Shown here in pieces: positions 43,301 to 54,340 of a DNA stretch of 64,000 nucleotides. The notes below the pieces were generated by a model. The model did no database searches, was not told the origin of the DNA, and saw nothing but the letters and a program-made list of their open reading frames with translations. This stretch comes from Gammaproteobacteria bacterium (lineage in GTDB: Bacteria > Pseudomonadota > Gammaproteobacteria > JBCCGL01), in NCBI GenBank assembly GCA_965277715.1, contig OZ255836.1, forward strand, positions 2,560,001 to 2,624,000, read 5' to 3'. A program made the position numbers and the translations under genes. Position 1 is the stretch's first letter; each line of letters starts with the position of its first letter.

Positions 43301-45809
43301 GAAACATGCATTTGATTATTTTTCTAAGCTGCCTGTGCGGCAGTGAACGCGTGAAAAACTGGTATTGCACAATATCAGAATTTCTAAGCTGCCTGTGCGG
43401 CAGTGAACTGTGTTTCGACGAGCACATTTTTGGCGCAGAGTTTCTAAGCTGCCTGTGCGGCAGTGAACTGACGAAAAGGATGTCACATAGCTTAGTGTTG
43501 TTTCTAAGCTGCCTGTGCGGCAGTGAACTTCGTAGAGCATTGAAACTTGCTGAGGTTGATTTTCTAAGCTGCCTGTGCGGCAGTGAACTGCCAGAACCGT
43601 TTATATGGTGTGCTTATGATTTTCTAAGCTGCCTGTGCGGCAGTGAACATATTTTTGCCAGCATTGAAATTTTACTATAATTTCTAAGCTGCCTGTGCGG
43701 CAGTGAACAAACGGATAGTATCGAAAGTGCCGCTATCATTTTTCTAAGCTGCCTGTGCGGCAGTGAACTATTAGAAGCGGTTAGGCATATAACAAAAAAA
43801 TTTCTAAGCTGCCTGTGCGGCAGTGAACGTTGTTGCGCATAGCTATATAAAGATGTTAAGTTTCTAAGCTGCCTGTGCGGCAGTGAACAATAGGATTGTA
43901 TTTTGATGGATGCGATAAAGTTTCTAAGCTGCCTGTGCGGCAGTGAACGCCCACAAAAGACGCAACAGGCAGCTATTTATTTTCTAAGCTGCCTGTGCGG
44001 CAGTGAACTGAAGATAAATGATCTTTATGAGAGTGACTTTTTTCTAAGCTGCCTGTGCGGCAGTGAACTTATAATACTCGATGTTATTCGTTTTCAAAAA
44101 TTTCTAAGCTGCCTGTGCGGCAGTGAACGGGGGTGGGGAGACGCGGTATTTTATGTTAGTTTTCTAAGCTGCCTGTGCGGCAGTGAACATTTCATCACAC
44201 GCACGCACGTACTGCTGATATTTCTAAGCTGCCTGTGCGGCAGTGAACAAATAATTGATCTTAAAACGATCAAAAAAACATTTCTAAGCTGCCTGTGCGG
44301 CAGTGAACTACTAATATCGCGCCACAGCCAGCCTATATATTTTCTAAGCTGCCTGTGCGGCAGTGAACGAATAAATTATTACCCACTTGCGATAAATCAC
44401 TTTCTAAGCTGCCTGTGCGGCAGTGAACAGCGGAATTAGAGGATCGGTATGGGCCGATGCTTTCTAAGCTGCCTGTGCGGCAGTGAACCGACGAAGGCCC
44501 CACTTACCGAGTCGTTGACTTTTCTAAGCTGCCTGTGCGGCAGTGAACTACGCCCGCTGGATGCCAGACGCCAACCCCCATTTCTAAGCTGCCTGTGCGG
44601 CAGTGAACCGGTAGTGGGGAATCCGATACCAGTTTTTTATTTTCTAAGCTGCCTGTGCGGCAGTGAACTAGATATAAGTCACGTAGAGAGGGCTTTTTAT
44701 TTTCTAAGCTGCCTGTGCGGCAGTGAACTTGAAAAGCATTAGGGCGGATCGTGAAAATCATTTCTAAGCTGCCTGTGCGGCAGTGAACTTGTTGAAAGTG
44801 ATACACCGTCTTATGTATACTTTCTAAGCTGCCTGTGCGGCAGTGAACCGGGTTCTGAAGCACTTTTATTGTCATTGTCTTTTCTAAGCTGCCTGTGCGG
44901 CAGTGAACTTTGTATGATGGCGTTGTTATTGGGAAAGACATTTCTAAGCTGCCTGTGCGGCAGTGAACGTATTTTACCCAGCTCCAGCTCTGCTGAACAT
45001 TTTCTAAGCTGCCTGTGCGGCAGTGAACGGTGGTGGTGAAGTTTATGGTTACAAGGAAGATTTCTAAGCTGCCTGTGCGGCAGTGAACCATTTATGTGCT
45101 CGCTTTTCAACGACATCGAATTTCTAAGCTGCCTGTGCGGCAGTGAACCTGGCGCTGGAAAAGCCACGGGTTTCGAGCCATTTCTAAGCTGCCTGTGCGG
45201 CAGTGAACCAAGGGTTGTACTCGGGGTCAATGTCTTGGTATTTCTAAGCTGCCTGTGCGGCAGTGAACGCCTAATAGCCTCAATTTCACGCTCAACTTCG
45301 TTTCTAAGCTGCCTGTGCGGCAGTGAACAGGTTTTTACAAAGCGTGCCCAGACGGTAATCTTTCTAAGCTGCCTGTGCGGCAGTGAACGAGCTAGGCGCG
45401 CTGGTCAATTTAAGTAAAATTTTCTAAGCTGCCTGTGCGGCAGTGAACTTTGGTGCATAGCAGGGGATCCGGGAGGCCTTTTTCTAAGCTGCCTGTGCGG
45501 CAGTGAACGTAAAAGAAGGCGCTACTACAGTATCTGTAGTTTTCTAAGCTGCCTGTGCGGCAGTGAACGCAGGCGTGGGCGTGGATTTTGTTTTTATTTT
45601 TTTCTAAGCTGCCTGTGCGGCAGTGAACTATTAGAGGCGGTTAGGCATATAACAAAAAAATTTCTAAGCTGCCTGTGCGGCAGTGAACGACGGGGAGTAT
45701 GTGCTAAGCGGGGCGCAGACGTTTCTAAGCTGCCTGTGCGGCAGTGAACCATCGAGGGCGGATGAGATTTGGTCTGGTCTTTTTCTAAGCTGCCTGTGCG
45801 GCAGTGAAC
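31306..45809 (-). CRISPR. Type I-F CRISPR array, 242 repeats / 241 spacers
   Basis: 28-bp repeat GTTCACTGCCG(C/T)ACAGGCAGCTTAGAAA on the minus strand. Spacers are 32 nt, except fourteen of 33 nt and one of 34 nt, counted from period shifts. Confidence 0.99.
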
Positions 45810-45990
45810 GCGAGTATAAAGCAAAAAAAACAAGTCACAACAAATACTTAACTTCAAATAACAAAAAATACCAATGAAATTCGGTGCATCTGTAACTTAT
45901 TGATTTTATTGAATTGTTAAAGAGCGTGAAAAAAGAAGGTCAAAACAAGGGTATTGTTATTGCCTTGCTTAGACTATAGCTGAAAAATAC
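45810..45990 (-). promoter_or_regulatory. CRISPR leader with IHF site
   Basis: AT-rich. Minus-strand AATCAATAAGTTA (45893-45905) fits WATCAANNNNTTR, with a weaker proximal site at 45838-45850. Layout typical of I-F leaders. Confidence 0.85.
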
Positions 45991-46331
45991 ACTTTCTTGC
46001 GGTGTATCGCGCAATACACCATGATCGATACCCATCCTCACCATATTTTCAGTGAATCAACCTCTCATATGGATATAGGGCAAGCGTTTTTTCTGCGCAG
46101 ACCAACCACTTGCCTTACTAACGGTGCAGACGTAGGTCGACACTTTATGGTATGGCAGAGGGTATGCCTGATAGTGATAGTGAGATTGAGTGAACCATCA
46201 TATCGATCACCCTCCCAACTTTGGGTTGGTTAACATATAAGGTAATTTAAGATTATCGACGTTAGTTTATTGAAACTAATACAGCGCCAATTCAGAATTG
46301 ACGGTGTATTAGCTTTAAACCGGAAACCCCT

Positions 46332-49300
46332 ATGTCTGTTTTTGAGTGCAGCCCCCCCGCGCTTTCACCCACCCAGCTTGAAGGCATAGCGGCAACGCAT
46401 TTTAATTTACACGGGACAATCAGCGCACTCGACAGTGAACGCGATCAAAACGCCCGCATTACCACCTGTGCGGGCGATGTGTATACCCTGAAAATTGCCA
46501 ATGCCGGTGAACAGGCCGGGTTGCTCGCGCTGCAGAACGCGGCCATGCAACACATCGCTCAGGTCGACCCGGATTTGGGGGTGCCACATATTGTGCCATC
46601 GCGCACCGGCAATTTAATCGAATCAGCCGATGAAAACGGCGCGACGCACGCGGTGCGCCTGCTCAGTTTTGTGCCGGGGCAATTGTTCTCGACAGTACCC
46701 AAAAGCCTGCCACTACTGCGTAGCCTGGGTGATTTTCTGGGCCGTTTGAGTGTCGCCCTGCAGGGTTTTGCGCACCCGGCAGCACACCGCGATGATTTTT
46801 TGTGGAACCTCGATAACGCCCTGGCCACGCGTGATTATATTGAGGAAATCGATGACAGCACAGACCGGGACAGGGTGCGGGCGGTTTTTAAACGCTACAC
46901 CGCGCAGGTGCAGCCCCGCTTACCCCACCTGCGGGCGGCGGTGATTCACGGTGATGTGAATGACAACAACCTAACCGTGGATGAAGACGATACGCAGTGC
47001 GTTACGGGCATTTTCGATTTTGGCGATATGCTGTGCGCACGGCAAATCAATGAGCTGGCGATTGCCATGGCCTACGCTCTGATGGGCGTGGCGGATATTG
47101 CGGCGGCCAGCCGTGCATTAATCGGTGCCTATACACAGCGGTTTGCGTTGCAGGAAGACGAGCTGGCAGTGTTGTTTGACCTGGTCGAGATGCGCCTGGC
47201 GATGAGTGTGTGCATCTCCTCGCACCGCGCAGCGCAATTCCCGGACAATGAGTATTTGTCGATCAGCCAGGCGCCCGCCCTGGCCCTGTTGCGCACGCTG
47301 TGCGCGATGAACAGTGAGGTGAAAATCTGTATCGCCCGCGCCGCAGCCGGGTTGCCCGCTGTGGCGCACAGCGCGGCAATCGTCACTCACTTGGTGGAGC
47401 AGGGCCAGGCAATGGGGCCGGTTTTTGCCGACGATCTACACACCCGGCCACGTATGCTTATCTCGTTTGCAGAAGGGGCGCCAGGGGCTGAGTACGCCGC
47501 CGATGCAAGGCAATACAGCGCCTGGCTGGACGCAGAGCTTGCAGCCAATGGGGCGGACTACGCGATTGGCCTGTACGCTGAAAACCGCAGTTGTTACAAG
47601 GGCGATCAATTTATCGTCGCGGGCAGCAGTCAGCCGCGCTCGGTACACCTCGGTATCGATATTTTTATCACCGCGCACACCCCCTTGCTGGCACCGTGTG
47701 CCGGGCGTGTTTATAGTATTCAGGACAACGCTCAACCCTACGATTACGGGGCAACGGTTATCCTGCAACATGCGGTAGGGGATACAGACCGGGTGTTTTA
47801 TACCCTCTACGGTCATCTCTCGCAAAAAACCCTGTCACTGCTGCGCGAGGGGGATGAGGTGGAGATGGGCGATGTGATCGGATTTATCGGTGAATCGCAT
47901 GAAAATGGGGGCTGGGCGCCACACCTGCACTTTCAGGTTATGACTACCATGCTTGGTTTAAAGGGCAATTTCAACGGCGCCGCCGAGCCGGACCGCATGG
48001 ATATCTGGTCACAGATTTGCCCAGACCCCAATAGCATATTGGGGTTTCCAGCCGCTGCCTTTTCACTCGCCAGTGATCAAACCGATGCTCTGCGCGCCCG
48101 TCGTGACAAGTGGCTGGGGCCATCGTTGAGCCTTTCCTACCAGAAAAAACTGCACATCACGCAGGGCCGTGGCGCGTGGTTGTTTGATGCGCGTGGCCGT
48201 GCCTACCTCGATTGTGTGAATAACATCTGCCACGTGGGGCACTGCCATCCGCATGTCGTCGAGGCGCTCTCGGCGCAGGCGCGCACGCTCAACACCAACA
48301 CCCGTTATCTACACGCCACTATCCTCGATTACGCCGAGCGGCTGGCGGCGACCCTGCCGGACCCGCTGTCGGTGGTGTACTTCGTCAACTCCGGTTCAGA
48401 GGCAAATGAGCTGGCACTGCGTCTGGCACGGCAGGCGACCGGGCGTCAGGCAACCATTGTCCTCGACTGGGCGTACCACGGTAATACCGCCGGGCTGGTC
48501 GGTCTCAGTCCGTATAAGTTTGCCCGTAAAGGCGGCGCGGGTGCCGGGCCACACACGTATGTGGCGGCACTGCCAGATCCGTTTCGCGGTCAGTACAAAG
48601 GTTACGGGGATGATGCAGCGCGGGCCTATGCCGATTCGGTGGCTGAACGCATCGACGATATACAGAAAAAAACCGGCGGCGGCCCGGCGGCGTTTATCGC
48701 CGAGGCGATTTCCGGTTGTGGTGGTCAGGTGGTGTTCCCGGATAACTATTTCCAGCACGCTTTTGCGCAGGTGCGGGCGGCGGGCGGCCTGTGTATTGTC
48801 GATGAGGTACAAACGGGGTTTGGCCGCGTTGGTGATGCCATGTGGGCGTTCGAATTGCAGGGTGTCGTGCCGGATATCGTCACTTTGGGCAAGCCCATTG
48901 GCAATGGCCATCCGCTGGCCGCTGTTGTCACCACGGCAGAGATTGCACAGGCGTTTAACAATGGTATGGAGTTTTTTAATTCATTTGGTGGTAATCCGGT
49001 TTCCTGTGCGGTGGGGATGGCGGTGCTGGATGTGATCGAGCAGGAAAAATTGCAGGAAAATGCCAAGAGCCGGTTTCACCAGTTGATTCAAAAACTGCGT
49101 CAGTTGCAACAAAAAAATCCGCTGATTGCGGATATTCGTGGGCGTGGTTTGTTTTTGGGTATCGAGTTGGTGGATGATTTGGTAACACTGCAACCGGCGG
49201 GTGTTGCCGCCTCGCAGGTGGTCAATACACTGCGTGAAAATGGGGTGTTATTGTCTACTGATGGGCCGTTTGATAATGTGTTGAAGTTTAAGCCACCGAT

Positions 49301-49379
49301 GGTGTTTGGTGAGTCTGAGCTGGTGTTTTTTGTCGCGCAGTTGGAGAGTGCTTTTATGCAGCTAGTGCATCGCGAGTGA
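46332..49379 (+). CDS. Fusion: APH-like kinase + M23 peptidase domain + class III PLP aminotransferase/phospho-lyase
   Basis: Kinase: [15 protein letters not shown]23: HLGID, YGHL, PHLHFQ. Class III PLP: [25 protein letters not shown]. Confidence 0.88.
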   Translation: MSVFECSPPALSPTQLEGIAATHFNLHGTISALDSERDQNARITTCAGDVYTLKIANAGEQAGLLALQNAAMQHIAQVDPDLGVPHIVPSRTGNLIESADENGATHAVRLLSFVPGQLFSTVPKSLPLLRSLGDFLGRLSVALQGFAHPAAHRDDFLWNLDNALATRDYIEEIDDSTDRDRVRAVFKRYTAQVQPRLPHLRAAVIHGDVNDNNLTVDEDDTQCVTGIFDFGDMLCARQINELAIAMAYALMGVADIAAASRALIGAYTQRFALQEDELAVLFDLVEMRLAMSVCISSHRAAQFPDNEYLSISQAPALALLRTLCAMNSEVKICIARAAAGLPAVAHSAAIVTHLVEQGQAMGPVFADDLHTRPRMLISFAEGAPGAEYAADARQYSAWLDAELAANGADYAIGLYAENRSCYKGDQFIVAGSSQPRSVHLGIDIFITAHTPLLAPCAGRVYSIQDNAQPYDYGATVILQHAVGDTDRVFYTLYGHLSQKTLSLLREGDEVEMGDVIGFIGESHENGGWAPHLHFQVMTTMLGLKGNFNGAAEPDRMDIWSQICPDPNSILGFPAAAFSLASDQTDALRARRDKWLGPSLSLSYQKKLHITQGRGAWLFDARGRAYLDCVNNICHVGHCHPHVVEALSAQARTLNTNTRYLHATILDYAERLAATLPDPLSVVYFVNSGSEANELALRLARQATGRQATIVLDWAYHGNTAGLVGLSPYKFARKGGAGAGPHTYVAALPDPFRGQYKGYGDDAARAYADSVAERIDDIQKKTGGGPAAFIAEAISGCGGQVVFPDNYFQHAFAQVRAAGGLCIVDEVQTGFGRVGDAMWAFELQGVVPDIVTLGKPIGNGHPLAAVVTTAEIAQAFNNGMEFFNSFGGNPVSCAVGMAVLDVIEQEKLQENAKSRFHQLIQKLRQLQQKNPLIADIRGRGLFLGIELVDDLVTLQPAGVAASQVVNTLRENGVLLSTDGPFDNVLKFKPPMVFGESELVFFVAQLESAFMQLVHRE

Positions 49380-49430
49380 AGCCCCAATAACACACCCAAC
49401 ACTGAATATTCCCCATACACAACACCCCTT

Positions 49431-50105
49431 TCACATCAACTCATCCTTACGATCATGCGTTTCACCATAGCGGTGCAGAGCAGGCGCTTTAAGCCCATCG
49501 TACAAAGACTCAATATGCTGATTTACCTGTTCCCCCTGTTCGGCAAACAGTGAATTCCCATACAAATCACTGTCGACCAGAAACGGGCCAAAATCTTTAA
49601 CACGAAACAACCACATCGCCTGGGCAATACCCAGCTCGTCTAACCAATGCACCGCTTCGACACCCTGCACACCCCGCCCGAGCAATGCCCCAGTACCATA
49701 ACCTACAGTCGTTAGGTAGATAGCGCCACGCGGCGCCAGGATGTGTTGGTAATCCGCCACTGGCATACCCCCCTTGCCAATGATTATTTTGGTGTTGGTC
49801 AGGTCCAGCCAATCGGCCAGGTATTTGGAGAAACGAAAGCTGGCTGTCGCGGTGACACCACCGATATGGTACTGGTCATTACCCTGTGGTGCCGCTGCCG
49901 GTGAACAGTGAAAGTTGACGTTGCTGAGGTCGGTCAGCCCTTCGGGTAACTGGCCACCGTGGGTCAGTACCCTATCGTAAACCCCCTCTCTGGCCGTGTA
50001 GACAATGCCATTGAGGTAGACGATGGTGCCAGGGGTCAGTGAGGCAATCGCCTCTGATGTTACTGGCAGGTCGATGCTGACTTGTTTTAACGGTTTATTC
50101 GCCAT
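49431..50105 (-). CDS. Fe-S hydro-lyase (fumarase/tartrate dehydratase) beta subunit-like
   Basis: VYLNGIVYTARE, HCSP, ATASFRF, IIGKGG and FGPFLVDSD motifs. Confidence 0.88.
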   Translation of the reverse strand: MANKPLKQVSIDLPVTSEAIASLTPGTIVYLNGIVYTAREGVYDRVLTHGGQLPEGLTDLSNVNFHCSPAAAPQGNDQYHIGGVTATASFRFSKYLADWLDLTNTKIIIGKGGMPVADYQHILAPRGAIYLTTVGYGTGALLGRGVQGVEAVHWLDELGIAQAMWLFRVKDFGPFLVDSDLYGNSLFAEQGEQVNQHIESLYDGLKAPALHRYGETHDRKDELM

Positions 50106-51096
50106 GCGCCGGGCCTGGTTGTGGTGTGGGTTGTATTGGGGATCGCATTGCGGGTTGCCCGGCGGGCCAATCGATGGTTTCGCGCCGGTGGTAGGGGGTG
50201 AACCACTGCGGATCTGTGCGGTATTCAATCGTATCATCGGCGTGGATGCGGGCGGTGGCGCGCCGCGATGACAGGCAGAATGTGTGCACGCTAATAGGCA
50301 TGCCGCCCGTGTGGGTGTGGCCGACTTCGATGTGCAGGTCGACCACCATTGAAGAGCCGACAAACCCCATCGGCCCCATGCCAATACTGTTGCCCACGTC
50401 TTTTAGTTCCTGTTCGAGTGCGGCGATTTTGGGGTCTGGGTTGCGATCGCCGACGACGCGCAGGCAGGCCGCCTGCTTGCCCAGTTGCATACAGGTGTCT
50501 TTGGAACCACCGAGGCCGACGCCGACAATCGCCGGTTGGCAGCACAGCCCGCGCTTGCCAAATGAAATCAGCGTGTCGAGCAGGAAGCGCTTGATGCCGT
50601 CGATACCATCACCCGGAAATAACATGCGGTAGTCGGTGCCAAACAGCCCGCCCTTGTGTACGGTGGTGATGTCGATCCAGTCGGCATCCGGCTCAAAACT
50701 CCATTCAACTTCCGGGGCGTTGATGCCCACGTTGTTGTTGTTTTCTGTGCGCCACAGCGGGTGTACCCGGTTTGGCCTGAGCGGTACGTCGTGGGTGGCG
50801 CGGGCAGTGGCCGAGCGCATCGCCCGCTCTATGCCGGTAAAGCCACCCTGAAAGCGGGCGTTGTCACCAACCTTGACGTAGTACCTCGGCAGGCCCGTGT
50901 CAGCGCACATCGGGCGCCGGTCTTCGGTGGCGATTTCGTAGTTTTTGATCATGGTTTTAATCACGAAACCGGAGAGCTGTTCAGACTCCTGCTCCGCAAC
51001 CAATTTGATACCGTCCAGGTAGTCATTGGGTATGTCGATGGCGGCCTGGCGCATTATTTCGTAGCTGGCGCGTTCGATGGTGTCGTTTAAGATCAT
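50095..51096 (-). CDS. Fe-S hydro-lyase (fumarase/tartrate dehydratase) alpha subunit-like
   Basis: PMCADTG, LRPN, CCQPAIVGVGLGG, GPMG and CLSSRRA motifs. Confidence 0.88.
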   Translation of the reverse strand: MILNDTIERASYEIMRQAAIDIPNDYLDGIKLVAEQESEQLSGFVIKTMIKNYEIATEDRRPMCADTGLPRYYVKVGDNARFQGGFTGIERAMRSATARATHDVPLRPNRVHPLWRTENNNNVGINAPEVEWSFEPDADWIDITTVHKGGLFGTDYRMLFPGDGIDGIKRFLLDTLISFGKRGLCCQPAIVGVGLGGSKDTCMQLGKQAACLRVVGDRNPDPKIAALEQELKDVGNSIGMGPMGFVGSSMVVDLHIEVGHTHTGGMPISVHTFCLSSRRATARIHADDTIEYRTDPQWFTPYHRRETIDWPAGQPAMRSPIQPTPQPGPAHGE

Positions 51097-51115
51097 GTTT
51101 ATTTCCCCGGTGCGC

Positions 51116-52897
51116 TTATGCCTGCTGTGTCGGCGGTGGCGCACCCGCCTCATCGTCGATTAAAGATTCACCCGGCTGCACAATCGAGAAGTCGACGGGC
51201 ACCATATTTTGTACCAGCCGTTGGTCGATACATTGTGTCTGCGTGTAGGTGGTGGTCGCCAGTTCGCCTGTCTCCGGGAAGTCTTGCCGAAAGTGGGCGC
51301 CGCGTGAGTCCTGCCGGGCCAGTGAGGCGGTGGCGATAACATCGCTAACGGTTAACAGGCTGTCGATATTCAGCCAGTCGTGCCAGGTCAGGTTGAATGA
51401 TCTATCCCCATCGGCCAGCCCCAGTTGCATTAGATCGGCCCGGCTCCGGGTGATTTTTTGCTGGCCCGCCGCTATGCCCTGCGCGGTGCGAACGATACCG
51501 ACGTGCTCCCACATATCCGTCCACAGGGTTTCGCGCAGCGCCATCAGGTCACCCTGTGTGGATTTGCCGGTGCAGTGGCTAAAGGGGTGTTCGGCGCGGG
51601 TGATACCGGCATCCAGTGTGTGTTTGTCTGGATCACGCAGGGGCGCACCAGCGGCAATCGCCGCCGCCATTTCGCTGCCGGCGACACCGCCGTAGACGGT
51701 GGAGTTGGCGACGCCATTACCACCGAGACGGTTGGCGCCGTGTACACCGCCCGCGTCTTCCCCGGCGACGTACAGGCCGGGGGCGCTTGTCGAGCAGTCG
51801 ATACCCACTTCGATACCGCCCATCATATAGTGGGCTGTGGGCACGACTTCGACACGGCCACCCGCCAGGTCAAAGCCGCAGTCTTCGCAGCGTTTCACCA
51901 TGCCGGGGAATTTATTCCTCACCTGCTCCGGGCCTAGATGGGCCATTTCGATATACAGCCCCCCCTGCGGTGTCGAGCGGCCCTCGCGGATTTCGTTGTA
52001 CATGCTCCGCGAGACGATATCCCGCGTAGCGCGCTCGGCGGCGGCGTGGTAGTTGCCCATAAAGCGCTCGCCATTGCCGTTGAGCAAGTAGCCGCCCGCA
52101 CCGCGCAGGCCCTCTTCCAAAATGGTGCCGGTCATGCGGGTGCTATTACCGGCGAGGATGCCAGTGGGGTGAAACTGCACCATTTCCATATCGCGCAGGC
52201 GCAGGCCATAGCGCAGCGCCATCGCCAGGCCGTCGCAGGTTTTATCCCCGGAGGGGGTGTGGTAGCGGTACATCGAGGGGCCTGCCCCGGTGGCCAGTAA
52301 TACTGTGCGGGCCTGTACAAAGCGGTATTGCCCACTGCGTATATCGATCATCAGCACCCCGGCGATACCTGAGCCATCGGCGGCGGGCACCAGTTCGATG
52401 GCGCGGTGTTCTTCCAGCTTGTCAATGTTGAGTGACCAGACTTTTTCCATCAGGCGGTTGATGATTTCAATGCCGGTCAGGTCGCCTTTGTGCGCGGTTC
52501 TGTCAAAGCTCTGCCCGGCGAAGGCTTTTTGGTGCAGGCTGCCATCCGGGTTGCGGTCGAAAAAGCACCCGAGTTCGTTTTCCAGTTCACGGATACGTTC
52601 GATAGCGGTTTCGCACAGCTTCCAGGCGAGGTCCTGGCGCGGCAGCCATTTGCCACCAACAATCGTATCCATAAAATGGCGCTCTACGGAATCACCGGGA
52701 TTCAACGCCACGTTATACCCTCCCTGTACCATGCGCGTGCAGCCAGATTTGCCTAACAGCCCTTTAATCGCGAGGGTAATATCCAGATTCGGGTTGGCCT
52801 GTTTGGCGTGCAGCGCGGCAAATAGCCCGGCACCGCCCGACCCCAGAATCAATATATCGGTTTTGTGGTGTTGCAGTGTACGGCTATAGGAGGACAC
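51116..52897 (-). CDS. SdhA/FrdA/NadB-superfamily flavoprotein (divergent)
   Basis: GSGGAG, QFHPTG, RDIVSR, HYMMGG, HGANRLGGN and SRGAHFRQDFP motifs. Confidence 0.9.
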   Translation of the reverse strand: MSSYSRTLQHHKTDILILGSGGAGLFAALHAKQANPNLDITLAIKGLLGKSGCTRMVQGGYNVALNPGDSVERHFMDTIVGGKWLPRQDLAWKLCETAIERIRELENELGCFFDRNPDGSLHQKAFAGQSFDRTAHKGDLTGIEIINRLMEKVWSLNIDKLEEHRAIELVPAADGSGIAGVLMIDIRSGQYRFVQARTVLLATGAGPSMYRYHTPSGDKTCDGLAMALRYGLRLRDMEMVQFHPTGILAGNSTRMTGTILEEGLRGAGGYLLNGNGERFMGNYHAAAERATRDIVSRSMYNEIREGRSTPQGGLYIEMAHLGPEQVRNKFPGMVKRCEDCGFDLAGGRVEVVPTAHYMMGGIEVGIDCSTSAPGLYVAGEDAGGVHGANRLGGNGVANSTVYGGVAGSEMAAAIAAGAPLRDPDKHTLDAGITRAEHPFSHCTGKSTQGDLMALRETLWTDMWEHVGIVRTAQGIAAGQQKITRSRADLMQLGLADGDRSFNLTWHDWLNIDSLLTVSDVIATASLARQDSRGAHFRQDFPETGELATTTYTQTQCIDQRLVQNMVPVDFSIVQPGESLIDDEAGAPPPTQQA

Positions 52898-52899
52898 GG

Positions 52900-53247
52900 T
52901 TAAAGCACCTGAAGCAGAAATACAAGGCCCACCAATACGGCGGCGATACCGCAGGGCACGACCCAGGCGGCGAAGCGGTTAACCTGGCCTGGCCAGCGGG
53001 TAAATTCGAGCATTAATACACGCAGGCCAAAAAACAGGTGCACCGCGAGTAACATCACCAGCCCCCACTCGGCCACTTTCACCAGGGGTAAATCGGTATA
53101 CACCAAAAACCGATCCAGCCCCCGGGCGCCGTTAAAGGCACTGCCAAGCAGTAAAAAGTGAAACGGTAAAAAGACCGCCAGCGCTAAGCCTGAGAGGCGA
53201 TGACCTATCGAGGCGAGGTAGCTTCTATGGTTTCTGAGTGGCTGCAT
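52900..53247 (-). CDS. SdhC-like cytochrome b membrane anchor
   Basis: HRLSGLALAVFLPFH and HLFFGLR motifs; 3 TM. Confidence 0.85.
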   Translation of the reverse strand: MQPLRNHRSYLASIGHRLSGLALAVFLPFHFLLLGSAFNGARGLDRFLVYTDLPLVKVAEWGLVMLLAVHLFFGLRVLMLEFTRWPGQVNRFAAWVVPCGIAAVLVGLVFLLQVL

Positions 53248-53279
53248 GGCAGGTGTTTGTCGGTGGGCGGAAGCGGCGG

Positions 53280-53603
53280 CTAGAGGATGGCGGCCACAGC
53301 CCGCAACCCCAGAGTTAGCAATAAACAGGCGAAGAGCAGGGCGAGGATGTTGCTGGAGGGTGTGGATAGCCTTGTCCACTCGCGCAGGATATTCCTCATG
53401 CCGATGGGGGCGTGGATGGCCGCCAGGACGACAAACAGCCCATAAAATCCCCCCCAGGCAAGGCTACCCTGGGTGCGCGCCAGGATTTCTGCACCGCTCA
53501 ATCCGTTGCGCACCGCAAATAGAATTAGGCCCAGGTGCACCAAAACCAGCGGCCCTAGCAGCATGGCTGAAATGCGTTGGGCGATAAACAGGTGGCGTTC
53601 CAC
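53280..53603 (-). CDS. SdhD-like membrane anchor
   Basis: QRISA..L..LVLVHL and HAPIGMRNILREW motifs; 3 TM. GTG start assumed. Confidence 0.82.
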   Translation of the reverse strand: MERHLFIAQRISAMLLGPLVLVHLGLILFAVRNGLSGAEILARTQGSLAWGGFYGLFVVLAAIHAPIGMRNILREWTRLSTPSSNILALLFACLLLTLGLRAVAAIL

Positions 53604-53608
53604 GGTAT

Positions 53609-54340
53609 TTATTGCCCCTTGGGAATGCCGGAGAATGCCAGGCGCTTTAGCCCGGCGATGCTTTCTGAGGGCGCCAGGCCAATCGGGCAATGCCGCGTAC
53701 AATTGCCCTGGCTGTGGCAATTGCTGCAACCGCCATCGCCGAAGGCTTTATCGAAGCTTGCCTGCCGCTCGCCGTGGCGCACGTCGTTGACCAGTGTCCA
53801 GGCGCGGTTTAGGCCCGCCGGGCCGATGTAATCCCGGCGCCAGTTGACGACATCGCAGGCGCTGTAACACACGGCGCAGTTGATACACTGTAGCCCCGCG
53901 TCGGCGGCCTGACGGGCGCTGGAGGCGGGGTCCACCGTCGCGGGTGGGTCGTGGCGGGTGCGGGTGCCGACGAACGGTGCGCCCGCCCGCTGCCAGGTGT
54001 CGATAAACGGCGCCATATCACACACCAGGTCTTTAATCCGGGGCAAATTGCGCAGTGGCTCAAGGGTCAGTACACCTTCGCTGGCGACTTTGTTGACGTG
54101 GGTGCGGCACGTCCAGCGGGGGCGGCCATTGACCATCATCGCGCAAGACCCACAAACGCCGACACGGCAGGCAAAGCGGTAGGCCAGGCTGGGGGCGTGC
54201 AGGCGCTGCACTTCGGTGACGATATCCAGCACCGTTTGGTTTTCTCTGGCGGGCACGTGGTAAGTCACCAGCTCGCCGGTCTCTTTGCCGCGCCAGATGC
54301 GGACGGTCAATTGTTGTGCGGTGTCTTCTACCTTGCTCAC
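53609..54340 (-). CDS. SdhB/FrdB-like iron-sulfur subunit
   Basis: CRVGVCGSC...C, CINCAVCYSAC and CHSQGNCTRHCP motifs. Confidence 0.92.
   Translation of the reverse strand: MSKVEDTAQQLTVRIWRGKETGELVTYHVPARENQTVLDIVTEVQRLHAPSLAYRFACRVGVCGSCAMMVNGRPRWTCRTHVNKVASEGVLTLEPLRNLPRIKDLVCDMAPFIDTWQRAGAPFVGTRTRHDPPATVDPASSARQAADAGLQCINCAVCYSACDVVNWRRDYIGPAGLNRAWTLVNDVRHGERQASFDKAFGDGGCSNCHSQGNCTRHCPIGLAPSESIAGLKRLAFSGIPKGQ

Noticed and set aside
31306-45809. Self-targeting spacers within the window
   Set aside because: None noticed by eye; an exhaustive search could not be run, so this remains untested.
31419-45877. Many ORFs with FLSCLCGSE, SLPHRQLR or VHCRTGSLE repeats
   Set aside because: They are translations of the CRISPR repeat; the 60-bp period keeps the frame.
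45997-46233. 78-aa ORF next to the leader as a cas6f or cas1 remnant
   Set aside because: No recognisable Cas motif (such as a Gly-rich loop) in the frames inspected.
51116-52897. Calling the flavoprotein sdhA or nadB
   Set aside because: It lacks the flavinylation His, has an altered substrate motif and sits in a non-canonical context, so no symbol was given.
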